64,000 bases of DNA from contig JAGVYI010000016.1 of NCBI GenBank assembly GCA_018303365.1, positions 15,330 to 79,329 on the forward strand. The letters run 5' to 3'. Of the stretch, positions 56,412-64,000 are shown piece by piece. Source of the DNA: Candidatus Woesearchaeota archaeon. GTDB lineage: Archaea > Nanobdellota > Nanobdellia > SCGC-AAA011-G17 > JACPNG01. Within the stretch, counting starts at the first letter, position 1; each line of letters begins with the position of its first letter. Made by a program: the position numbers and the translations under genes. Below the pieces are notes generated by a model. The model was given only the letters and a program-made list of their open reading frames with translations, searched no databases and was not told the origin of the DNA.

Positions 56412-57344
56412 TTGATGATTAAATCATTCAGCGTTTCTCAAAAAGGGGCTTCATCAGAGCCTCTTTCTTCACTACAGGCTTCCCGCAAAACTTTCTTTAT
56501 TGATTGTCTTGAACCAAAAGAGGCAGAGCTTAAGGAATTGGTGAGCAAGGTTGGCGTTACTCTTTCTGATTTGAAAAATTGCCTTGACCCTCACGAACAT
56601 GCCCGTATCGAAAACAGGAAAAATTATTCTCTTATTATTCTTCGCGCAGTTAGTCTTAAGGGACGTAACCCGACCGTTCCTATAGGCATTTTTTTATTTA
56701 GAAACGCGATTGTTCTTGTTCATGGAGCCGAGTTAAAAGGCGTATCAGACCTTCTTGAAGATTATAAAACCCTTCTTATTTCTGATAGTCTTTCTGACTT
56801 GATCTATACTGTTTTACACCACCTTCTTCTAGATTTCTCGTTATCTCTTGATACAATTGAGGAGGCTTTTGCTCCCCTTGAGGACAAGGCGCTTTTTACT
56901 TATGATAAGAACTATCCAACCAAGATTTTTTCTTCTAGGAAAACCCTTCTTTATCTTCGTAAGAGCCTTTCTATGAACAGGGAAGTTATCGACCTTATTG
57001 GAAAGGGTTATGTTCCGTGGATTAGGGATCTTGAGCCTTTTTCTCGCCTTTATACCGAATTTATCCAACTGATTGATGTTGAAGAACTTTTCCGTGAGCG
57101 TCTGACCAGCACAATCGATATTCATCTTTCTGCTACCTCTAACAGGCTCAATGAAGTTATGCGTTCTTTTACGGTTATTGCTTCCCTTCTTCTTGTTCCT
57201 ACTGTTATTTCAAGCATTTATGGAATGAACTTTCTCTTCCTTCCGTTTGCAAAGCACCCTCTTGGTTTTTACTTTACAATTGGATTTATGGCAATCTCTG
57301 TTAGCATGATGCTCCTTTTTTTCAGGAAAAAACAATGGTTGTAG
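56412..57344 (+). CDS. corA: CorA-family Mg2+/Co2+ transporter.
   Basis: Two C-terminal TM helices and the YGMNF signature. Confidence 0.75.
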   Translation: MMIKSFSVSQKGASSEPLSSLQASRKTFFIDCLEPKEAELKELVSKVGVTLSDLKNCLDPHEHARIENRKNYSLIILRAVSLKGRNPTVPIGIFLFRNAIVLVHGAELKGVSDLLEDYKTLLISDSLSDLIYTVLHHLLLDFSLSLDTIEEAFAPLEDKALFTYDKNYPTKIFSSRKTLLYLRKSLSMNREVIDLIGKGYVPWIRDLEPFSRLYTEFIQLIDVEELFRERLTSTIDIHLSATSNRLNEVMRSFTVIASLLLVPTVISSIYGMNFLFLPFAKHPLGFYFTIGFMAISVSMMLLFFRKKQWL

Positions 57345-57347
57345 CTT

Positions 57348-59837
57348 ATGCGTCGTCGCACTTCTCAAAGAAAACGCCATCAACTTGAGGTTTTCTTAGT
57401 TGTTGTCTCCCTTTTTGCCATTTTAGGACTTCTTAACCTATTTGAGGTTTATTTCACAGGTTTTGTTGTCTTTACCCCCCAAGAGGATTTGTGGAACTTT
57501 TCTGATTCATCTTTGTATTCATACAATTTGAGCGTTGTTTCTTTTAACAATAGTGTGGTCAGCCTTGTTCATTTTTCCAAATCGGTTTCAGTTTCTTTTT
57601 CTTTTCCTTCTTCTTTTTATTTTAATTCCAGTGAGGTGTCTTTTGCTGATGGTCGCGCTTCTCTTATTGAGCATACCCTCTTTGCTTCTTACATTCTTAG
57701 AGATGGAGATGCTGGCTACAGCAGTACAGAAGATAGCTGGATTAAAAGTGATGAAGAAGACGAGACCTTTGGTCTTTATGATTCCCATAAGGTAAGAGAT
57801 GAAGACGATGATGATCATGAGCGTTACCTTATTCGTTTTCGTGATGTATTTTCCACACTTCCTTCTGATGCAAACATTACCCAGGCGACACTTTATCTTC
57901 GTGTTGAAGGTGATGACGATGATGGTACTTTGAGTCTTTATGAACTTAGACGTGACTGGATTGAAGGCAATGTTAATGGCAAGTTAGATGAATCTGGTGA
58001 GCAAGGCGTTACCTGGACTGACGCACAGGCTTATGGAGATGGCACTGCCTCTGTTTCTTGGGAGGCTGGTGGAGCAAGCGGCAGTAGTGACAGGGGCCAA
58101 TCTGTTGTTTCAAGCGTTGATGTTCCTTCTGATGAGGAGACTGTGTCTTTTGATGTCACTTCATCGATTCTTAGCTGGAAGAATGGAGAACCAAACTATG
58201 GCTGGATTATTGTCGGAGATGATGAGGGTGCAAAAAAGGTCTTTAGCAGTAAGCATTCAAACAGCGGAAAAAGGCCGCTTCTTACAATTAATTATACCCG
58301 TCCTTTCTTTTCTTCTTCAGCGCAGCTTATTACCCTTTTTTCTCCGCTCTTATTTTCAGACGGGTTTAATTTTACAGGGTTCTCTGCTGATGGGTCTGGT
58401 GTTTCTTTTCAGCTAAGCCCTGATAACCAGACATGGTATGCTTATGTTGATGGGGCCTGGCAGCCTTCTTACGAGACCACTTTGATTTCTTCTCTTAGCG
58501 AGGGCATTTCTTCTTTCCCTTTTTCTCCAACCCTTTATGTGCGCACTTACCTTGATGGAAACAACACGTCTTGGGTTGAAGGCTTTTCTCTTTCTTACGC
58601 TTCTTATCCTTTCTTTGGTCTTATTAGGACTTCGGCTCTTTCTCTTCCGGTGGTTAATTCTACAGGTATTTTTCTTGCAGACTATGATGGCAATGTTTCT
58701 TTTAATTATTCTTTTAATGATGGTGATTCATGGACTCTTGTTGATGCAAATAGCACAATCTCCCTTTTGAATGAAAGCAACCTTACTTTCAATGCAGAGC
58801 TTGCTTTTTCTGGTGGTCTTTCGCCTGTCTTACGTTCTTTTTCCCTTTCCTATGCTTCCTGCATTGAATCCTGGGAATGTTCTTTGTGGTCTTCTTGCTT
58901 TCCCAACAGTACCCGCAGCCGCTCTTGTAGTGACAGTTCCTCTTGTGGAACAACTCTTTTGATACCTTCTTTAGTTTCATCGTGTGTTTATTACCCTCCA
59001 AATTACACCCTTCCATCTGATACTACACATCTTATTGGTCTTGTGCACAACCGGACCACCACGATTGATGTAAATAGCACAATGATATCTCTTACTTCTA
59101 GTGAGGACTTTTCTAACATCTCTGTTATTGTAGCAACAAATATATCACTTCCTTCTTCTCCTTCTTCGGTTAGCCTTGTTGGTCTTGCCCGTAATATTAC
59201 TTTTACTAATCAGAGTCTTAATTCGGCCCTCATAAACGCTTCCCTTACTTTCTTTTATGACCCTTCAGATTTAGCTTCTCTTGGTGTTTCTGAAAATTCC
59301 CTTCGCATTTATTATTACAATGATAGCTCCTCTTCTTGGGAGATTCTTGATAGCTTTGTGAATACTACAGACTACAGCGTTTACGCTTTAGTTAATCATT
59401 TTAGTTTGTATGCCCTATTTGGAGAATCTGGTTCTTCATCCAGCTCTTCGTCTGGGGGTGGTTCCAGAAGACGAGACAAGACTTTGACAGGTGTCTTTAC
59501 AGAGCCTTCTTTGTTGCAGGAATCTGGGGAGTCTTCTTCTAGCAAGGAACCGACTTCCCTTACAACCTGTTTTGACAGTGTTCTTAATCAGGGAGAAGAA
59601 GATATTGATTGCGGTGGGCCTTGTGCTGCCTGTACCTCTCAAGACCTTTTACCTTCCAAGCCAGAAGAATCTTCTTCTGATAGGGGGTTCATTACCGGTC
59701 TTTTCAATTTTGAGAAAGATATTCTTTCACATCTTAGCATTTCAAATGTTGTAGCTCTTTTTGTTACAATTGCCTTTGCCTCTTATTACTTATTCTTTCA
59801 TTCTTTCAGACGCTTTAGAAAAGAGGAAAATAGGTAG
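57348..59837 (+). CDS. Large Ser-rich surface protein with an N-terminal signal anchor and a C-terminal TM anchor.
   Basis: N-terminal TM; about 20% Ser; many N-x-S/T sequons; C-terminus VVALFVTIAFASYYLFFHSFRRFRK. Confidence 0.5.
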   Translation: MRRRTSQRKRHQLEVFLVVVSLFAILGLLNLFEVYFTGFVVFTPQEDLWNFSDSSLYSYNLSVVSFNNSVVSLVHFSKSVSVSFSFPSSFYFNSSEVSFADGRASLIEHTLFASYILRDGDAGYSSTEDSWIKSDEEDETFGLYDSHKVRDEDDDDHERYLIRFRDVFSTLPSDANITQATLYLRVEGDDDDGTLSLYELRRDWIEGNVNGKLDESGEQGVTWTDAQAYGDGTASVSWEAGGASGSSDRGQSVVSSVDVPSDEETVSFDVTSSILSWKNGEPNYGWIIVGDDEGAKKVFSSKHSNSGKRPLLTINYTRPFFSSSAQLITLFSPLLFSDGFNFTGFSADGSGVSFQLSPDNQTWYAYVDGAWQPSYETTLISSLSEGISSFPFSPTLYVRTYLDGNNTSWVEGFSLSYASYPFFGLIRTSALSLPVVNSTGIFLADYDGNVSFNYSFNDGDSWTLVDANSTISLLNESNLTFNAELAFSGGLSPVLRSFSLSYASCIESWECSLWSSCFPNSTRSRSCSDSSSCGTTLLIPSLVSSCVYYPPNYTLPSDTTHLIGLVHNRTTTIDVNSTMISLTSSEDFSNISVIVATNISLPSSPSSVSLVGLARNITFTNQSLNSALINASLTFFYDPSDLASLGVSENSLRIYYYNDSSSSWEILDSFVNTTDYSVYALVNHFSLYALFGESGSSSSSSSGGGSRRRDKTLTGVFTEPSLLQESGESSSSKEPTSLTTCFDSVLNQGEEDIDCGGPCAACTSQDLLPSKPEESSSDRGFITGLFNFEKDILSHLSISNVVALFVTIAFASYYLFFHSFRRFRKEENR

Positions 59838-59844
59838 GGTTTTT

Positions 59845-60189
59845 TTAGAATGAAAGCGTATCTTCCTCTTTAAGACTTTCTGCTTTTCCCTTTCTTAGTT
59901 CTATCATATACTTTGCTTTCTTTTTCGGGACAATCCATGGGGTAAAAGGGAGCACACCTTTTTTTATATCTACAATCTTTTTTTTGCTGTCCAGCCAGAT
60001 GATATCAAGAGGAGCGAATACAAAAAGCATATCTACGGTCATATTCAATTTTGTTTCTTTTTTTCCAAGAAATATCGTTGCCTCACCTTCTCTTAGATTT
60101 TTTTTGCAGCGTTGCCCTAAGAATCTTTGCCATGGTGTCGTGCACCAGCGGACTTTTCTTGCAACGACTTTATCCCCATTTTTAATCAT
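59845..60189 (-). CDS. DUF192-like small protein.
   Basis: Size and the MTVDMLFVFAPLDIIWLD core. Weak. Confidence 0.3.
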   Translation of the reverse strand: MIKNGDKVVARKVRWCTTPWQRFLGQRCKKNLREGEATIFLGKKETKLNMTVDMLFVFAPLDIIWLDSKKKIVDIKKGVLPFTPWIVPKKKAKYMIELRKGKAESLKEEDTLSF

Positions 60190-60236
60190 TTTTAAGGCAA
60201 ACCTATATAAAGTTATTATTAAGACTTTCTTTTGTC

Positions 60237-61571
60237 ATGGAATTTTGTGCAGTTGGCGGTTATAGTGAAGTTGGCCAGAATATGAGTGCCCTTCGTGTCG
60301 GTGATGAGGTTGTAACCCTTGATATGGGTTTTTATCTTCCTAAACTTATGGATTTTGAAGAGGAGGGGGGGGATAGGCGAAATCTTACAACTGATGGGCT
60401 TATACGTCTTGGTGCTATTCCTAATGATGCTCCTCTAGCAAAATGGCGGCCACTTACAAAAGCGGTTGTTCTTAGTCATTGCCACTTAGACCATCTCGGT
60501 GCAACACCCTACCTTGCTCCGCGCTATGGAAATGCCCCTGTTCTTGGCACACCGTACACTACACGTGTTCTTCGTGACATGATCCGCGATGAGCGTCTTT
60601 CTTTCAAGCAACCTATTAAGACAGTCAATCCTAACTCATTTATTCGCGTTTCAAAAAATATTGAAATTGAATTTATTGGCGTTACTCACAGTACAATCCA
60701 AACCGCAATAGTCGCGGTCCACACACCAGAAGGGATTGTGCTTTATGCAAATGATTTTAAATTTGACCAGCATCCTATTGTAGGACAGAAACCAAATCTA
60801 AAACGTCTTCGACAGTTCAGCAAGGAAAATGTTGTCGCACTTGTTATTGATGCTCTTTATGCCCATGCGCCTGGAAAGACCCCCTCTGAGCGTGTTGCCA
60901 GGCATATGCTTGAAGATGTTCTTTTGAATTCCGATAATGCTGGAAATGCTATTTTTACGACCACTTTTGCTTCCCATATCCCTCGCTTGAAGAGCCTGAT
61001 TGAATTTGGCTCAAAGCTTAACCGCAAGGTTGTCTTTTTAGGCCGTAGCCTTTTGAAATATGCCCGTGCTGCTGAAGCGATTCAGGCAGTTAATTTCTCT
61101 TCACAGGCAGAGATTGTAGGTTCTGCAAACAGAATTGCTGCCAAGCTTCAGGAAATTGAGAAAAAAGGAAAGGATAATTACCTTGTTGTTTGCACTGGAG
61201 GGCAGGGAGAGCAGACCTCTGTTCTTAATAAGATAATGACCAAGCAACTTCCTTTCGATTTTGCTGCAGATGATCATATGGTGTTTTCCAACAGGACCAT
61301 CCCTGTTCCTATTAATATCGCCAATCGTGCCAGGCTTGAAGAGAAGCTCCGTCGCCGTGGTGTCCGCATTTTTAAGGATGTTCATGTCTCAGGGCATGTT
61401 TTTAGGGAAGACATTCGTGACTTATTTAAAATGGTCAAGCCACAGCATGTTATTCCCTGCCAGGGGAACAGCACGGTTCTTAGTCCATGCGTCGAACTTG
61501 CCAAAGAATGTGGCTATCAAGAAGGAAAGTCTGTTCATTTATTTCATGATGGTCAGAAGATTTCTTTGTGA
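60237..61571 (+). CDS. rnj: Archaeal RNase J (beta-CASP metallo-beta-lactamase ribonuclease).
   Basis: HCHLDHLGA motif and beta-CASP motifs; about 445 aa, typical of aRNase J. Confidence 0.75.
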   Translation: MEFCAVGGYSEVGQNMSALRVGDEVVTLDMGFYLPKLMDFEEEGGDRRNLTTDGLIRLGAIPNDAPLAKWRPLTKAVVLSHCHLDHLGATPYLAPRYGNAPVLGTPYTTRVLRDMIRDERLSFKQPIKTVNPNSFIRVSKNIEIEFIGVTHSTIQTAIVAVHTPEGIVLYANDFKFDQHPIVGQKPNLKRLRQFSKENVVALVIDALYAHAPGKTPSERVARHMLEDVLLNSDNAGNAIFTTTFASHIPRLKSLIEFGSKLNRKVVFLGRSLLKYARAAEAIQAVNFSSQAEIVGSANRIAAKLQEIEKKGKDNYLVVCTGGQGEQTSVLNKIMTKQLPFDFAADDHMVFSNRTIPVPINIANRARLEEKLRRRGVRIFKDVHVSGHVFREDIRDLFKMVKPQHVIPCQGNSTVLSPCVELAKECGYQEGKSVHLFHDGQKISL

Positions 61572-61653
61572 GGACTTAATATATCGCTAATAAATGAAAG
61601 GCAACATTTTTCGTTCGAAATGTTTAAATAAATGAAGTATTTATTTAAATGAC

Positions 61654-61911
61654 ATGGTGAAAACAAGACCAAAAGATTCAGGCGAACATCATGGGCGGCG
61701 AAAGAGAAAAGCAGATGAAGTCTCTTGCTATTCCTGTGGTGGTGTACTAAAGAAATCGCTTAGTATTTGCCCTAAATGTAAGAGCAAACTAAAAAAAGAA
61801 ACCGAAGCAGATAGCAACAAATCAAAGGGAAGCGTAGGTTGGTTAATTTTTTGGATACTATTTTTTTGGCCTGCCGCGGTTATATATTTTTTTATGAGAA
61901 GATGGGAGTAG
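61654..61911 (+). CDS. Zn-ribbon small membrane protein.
   Basis: CYSCGG...CPKC ribbon plus a C-terminal TM. Confidence 0.35.
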   Translation: MVKTRPKDSGEHHGRRKRKADEVSCYSCGGVLKKSLSICPKCKSKLKKETEADSNKSKGSVGWLIFWILFFWPAAVIYFFMRRWE

Positions 61912-61999
61912 TTTAATTTACCCTTTTAAATATGAAGAACTGCTCCCCGTTCTTGATGTGTTACATTCACTTTTTAATAGAACCTTGTTAATCATGTTA

Positions 62000-62073
62000 T
62001 GGACTCGGCGGGATTCGAACCCGCGGCCCCCGCCTTGCGAAGGCGATGCTCTACCAGACTGAGCTACGAGCCC
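62000..62073 (-). tRNA. tRNA-Ala (anticodon CGC).
   Basis: GGGCUCG acceptor with a G3:U70 wobble, anticodon loop UUCGCAA, T-loop UUCGAAU. Confidence 0.85.
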
Positions 62074-62482
62074 TTATGAAGTTATCTGCTTTTTCAATCA
62101 ATCCATTTAGGTTTTTAAACTTTAAGAGTTTTTGTGCTTCTTCTTTTTCAGCCCACATGAAAGCTTCATGCTCATCTGACAGGATGACTTTATCTTCTTT
62201 TGTTTCTCCAAGAAAGTATGTGACTTCTTTTTTTACTTTATTTCCTTGAAAATAATATATCCAGTATGTTTTTTCTTTGAAGTTGTCTTCCAACTTAATA
62301 TCATCTAATCCAGTCTCTTCTTTTGTCTCTCTTCTTGCTGTTTTTTCATCTGACTCTCCTTTTTCTTTGGTTCCTTTCGGAAAATTGAAGTTAGTGTGCC
62401 CCTTTCCTTTTAATAGGAGATACTCCACTCTACCATTTTTCTCTTTATATACAATAATTCCTGCTGATATTTCGCTTTTCAT
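62051..62482 (-). CDS. NUDIX hydrolase.
   Basis: Nudix box GKGHTNFNFPKGTKEKGESDEKTARRETKEETGL. Start placed at MKSEISAG. The last 7 codons run into the 5' end of tRNA-Ala. Confidence 0.65.
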   Translation of the reverse strand: MKSEISAGIIVYKEKNGRVEYLLLKGKGHTNFNFPKGTKEKGESDEKTARRETKEETGLDDIKLEDNFKEKTYWIYYFQGNKVKKEVTYFLGETKEDKVILSDEHEAFMWAEKEEAQKLLKFKNLNGLIEKADNFIRARSSVW

Positions 62483-62486
62483 TTTA

Positions 62487-62561
62487 TGGGGTTGCCCGGA
62501 TTTGGACCGGGGTCTGGGCATCCCGAATGCCCGATGCTCGTCCAAGCTACACCACAACCCC
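62487..62561 (-). tRNA. tRNA-Pro (anticodon CGG).
   Basis: Acceptor GGGGUUG/CAACCCC, anticodon arm GGGCA-UUCGGGA-UGCCC, T-arm CCCGG-UCCAAAU-CCGGG. An extra G lies at -1. Confidence 0.75.
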
Positions 62562-62616
62562 CTTGTATATGTGACATTACAGCTATCTTTATAAAAATCG
62601 CTGCTGTCTTTACTTT

Positions 62617-63819
62617 ATGAAGTTTGCCCATCTTGCTGACTGCCATATTGGTGGCTGGCGAGAAGAATCCTTGAAGGCTCTTGGCATAAAATCCTTTGAA
62701 AGAATAATGGATATTTGTATTAAAGAGCATGTTGGATTTATCCTTATTGCTGGTGACCTCTTTAACACGGCTATCCCATCTATAGACCTTCTACGCGAGA
62801 CTGCAGCCCTACTTCGCCGCGTTCGTGACCATGATATTAATGTTTATATTATTCCTGGAAGCCATGATTTTTCTTATAGTGGTAAGACTATGCTTGATGT
62901 TCTTGAAGAGGCTGGTTTAGTTCATAATGTTATGCGCTTTGATGATGATGGAAAACTTGTCTTTACAACAGACAAAACAGGGGTTAAGTTAACGGGTCTT
63001 CTTGGTAAAAAGGGGGGTCTTGAGCGTCTTGATTATGAGCGCCTTTCACGAGAGCATCTTGAGAAAGAAGCAGGGTTTAAGATTTTTTTATTTCATACCC
63101 TTATCAATGAATTCAGGCCTCCCGAGCTTGAGATGGTTGATAGTACCTCCGTTGCCACCTTACCAAAAAATTTCCATTATTATGCGGGTGGGCACCCTCA
63201 TTTTGTTTTTAAAACCTCTTTTTCAGATGGCATTCTTTCCTACCCAGGACCTTCTTTTCCGAATAACTTTAAGGAGCTTGAAGAGCTTGGTTGCGGAGGA
63301 TTTTACATTGTTGATGATAAGCTTAACATTCGCCATATCCCAATTCGCCTGAAAGAAGTTGTTTCTTATGTGTTTGATGCCGCTGACAAGACTCCTGATG
63401 CTATTGAAAGAGACGTAATTTCAACTGTCAAAGATGTTACAGACAGGATTGTTACTTTGCGTTTTGAAGGGGTGCTTTCTTCTGGCAAACCTTCTGATAT
63501 TAATTTTCGCAACATTTTCTCAAACCTTTCTTCTGCTTACTGTGTGCTCAAGAATACGCATAAACTAACAAGCAAGGAGTTTATTGAAGAGGAGACTATT
63601 GCTTCAGAGCAAATCTTAGAGATTGAGTCTTCAGTTGTTCGGGATAATAAGAGCCCTGTCGATATTTCTTCTTTTGGTATTTCCAATATAGAGTCTTTTG
63701 TTTCCTCTCTTATGGTCTGTCTTAATACAGAGAAACAAGACGGGGAGAAGAATGCTGATTTTGAGAAGCGTGTTGTCCGCAATGTTTCTTCGTTGTTCTC
63801 CCTGCAGGAGAATTTATAA
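62617..63819 (+). CDS. mre11: Mre11 DNA double-strand-break repair nuclease.
   Basis: Phosphoesterase motif I MKFAHLADCHIG, motif II GDLF, motif III GSHD. Confidence 0.8.
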   Translation: MKFAHLADCHIGGWREESLKALGIKSFERIMDICIKEHVGFILIAGDLFNTAIPSIDLLRETAALLRRVRDHDINVYIIPGSHDFSYSGKTMLDVLEEAGLVHNVMRFDDDGKLVFTTDKTGVKLTGLLGKKGGLERLDYERLSREHLEKEAGFKIFLFHTLINEFRPPELEMVDSTSVATLPKNFHYYAGGHPHFVFKTSFSDGILSYPGPSFPNNFKELEELGCGGFYIVDDKLNIRHIPIRLKEVVSYVFDAADKTPDAIERDVISTVKDVTDRIVTLRFEGVLSSGKPSDINFRNIFSNLSSAYCVLKNTHKLTSKEFIEEETIASEQILEIESSVVRDNKSPVDISSFGISNIESFVSSLMVCLNTEKQDGEKNADFEKRVVRNVSSLFSLQENL

Positions 63820-64000
63820 TGCTTTTTTTGAGACTTGTGCTTCACAATATAAGAAGTTATGTTGATGCCACTATTAACTTTCCAAAGGGAAGCGTTCTTC
63901 TTTCCGGAGATGTTGGCAGCGGGAAATCCACGATTCTACTTGCTGTTGAGTTTGCTCTTTTTGGTATTAACAGGGGGTTTATTTCTGGCAGTACTATTTT
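63819..64000 (+). CDS. rad50: Rad50 ATPase, N-terminal part (runs off the window).
   Basis: The ATG overlaps the mre11 stop (TAATG). Walker A SGDVGSGKSTIL. Confidence 0.7.
   Translation, partial: MLFLRLVLHNIRSYVDATINFPKGSVLLSGDVGSGKSTILLAVEFALFGINRGFISGSTI

Noticed and set aside
62483-62557. N-terminal extension of the Nudix ORF (MWCSLDEHRAFGMPRPRSKSGQPHK...)
   Set aside because: The extension is an out-of-context translation of tRNA-Pro on the same strand. The start was moved to the Met immediately 3' of the tRNA.
62487-62562. tRNA with an extra G at -1; considered tRNA-His
   Set aside because: The anticodon loop reads UUCGGGA (CGG, Pro). The discriminator is A, not C. The extra G is just flanking sequence.

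Overview
This is a 64-kb, AT-rich, gene-dense stretch of archaeal chromosome. The archaeal origin is shown by Kae1, aIF2-gamma, aIF5B, the RpoE'-Spt4-S24e-S27ae operon, S6e, L41e, XPD, Mre11/Rad50, archaeal RNase J, intron-containing tRNAs, GGAGG ribosome-binding sites and TATA-to-ATG spacing that implies leaderless mRNAs. Small genome size, gyrase, many cysteine-rich surface proteins and the tRNA oddities are most consistent with a DPANN-like archaeon, but this cannot be proven from sequence alone.

The dominant feature is a surface/adhesion island of about 21 kb (6.2-27.4 kb):
- at least 8 proteins with class-III (archaeal type IV pilin / DUF361-like) signal peptides;
- a FlaI/TadA-family secretion ATPase;
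- a FlaJ-like membrane platform split into two half-size genes;
- two giant cysteine-rich secreted proteins on the opposite strand, one built from tandem C-x-P-x-DPDC repeats and one with two PKD domains plus thrombospondin-type-3-like Asp repeats;
- a 981-aa pilin-anchored protein rich in Cys, Gly and Ser;
- two paralogous genes whose promoter and first ~540 bp form a direct repeat of about 85-90% identity, 6.46 kb apart, bracketing the pilins, ATPase and platform genes, while their C-terminal halves are unrelated.

At the window start there is an extracytoplasmic disulfide-bond module: a DsbA-like protein, a polytopic membrane protein with a CPGC motif, and a CPHC thioredoxin-like lipoprotein. 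It plausibly serves the cysteine-rich exoproteins.

Other notable items:
- tRNA-Ile(UAU) with a canonical bulge-helix-bulge (BHB) intron plus about 14-15 extra nt in the D-loop;
- a tRNA-Glu(UUC) that is perfect from the anticodon stem to the 3' end but lacks a canonical 5' acceptor and D-stem;
- an unannotated L41e micro-gene;
- a tRNA-Pro - Nudix - tRNA-Ala unit with almost no spacers;
- a GTPase-DUF2073-Zn-ribbon triad;
- a small NAD-metabolism cluster;
- gyrA/gyrB.
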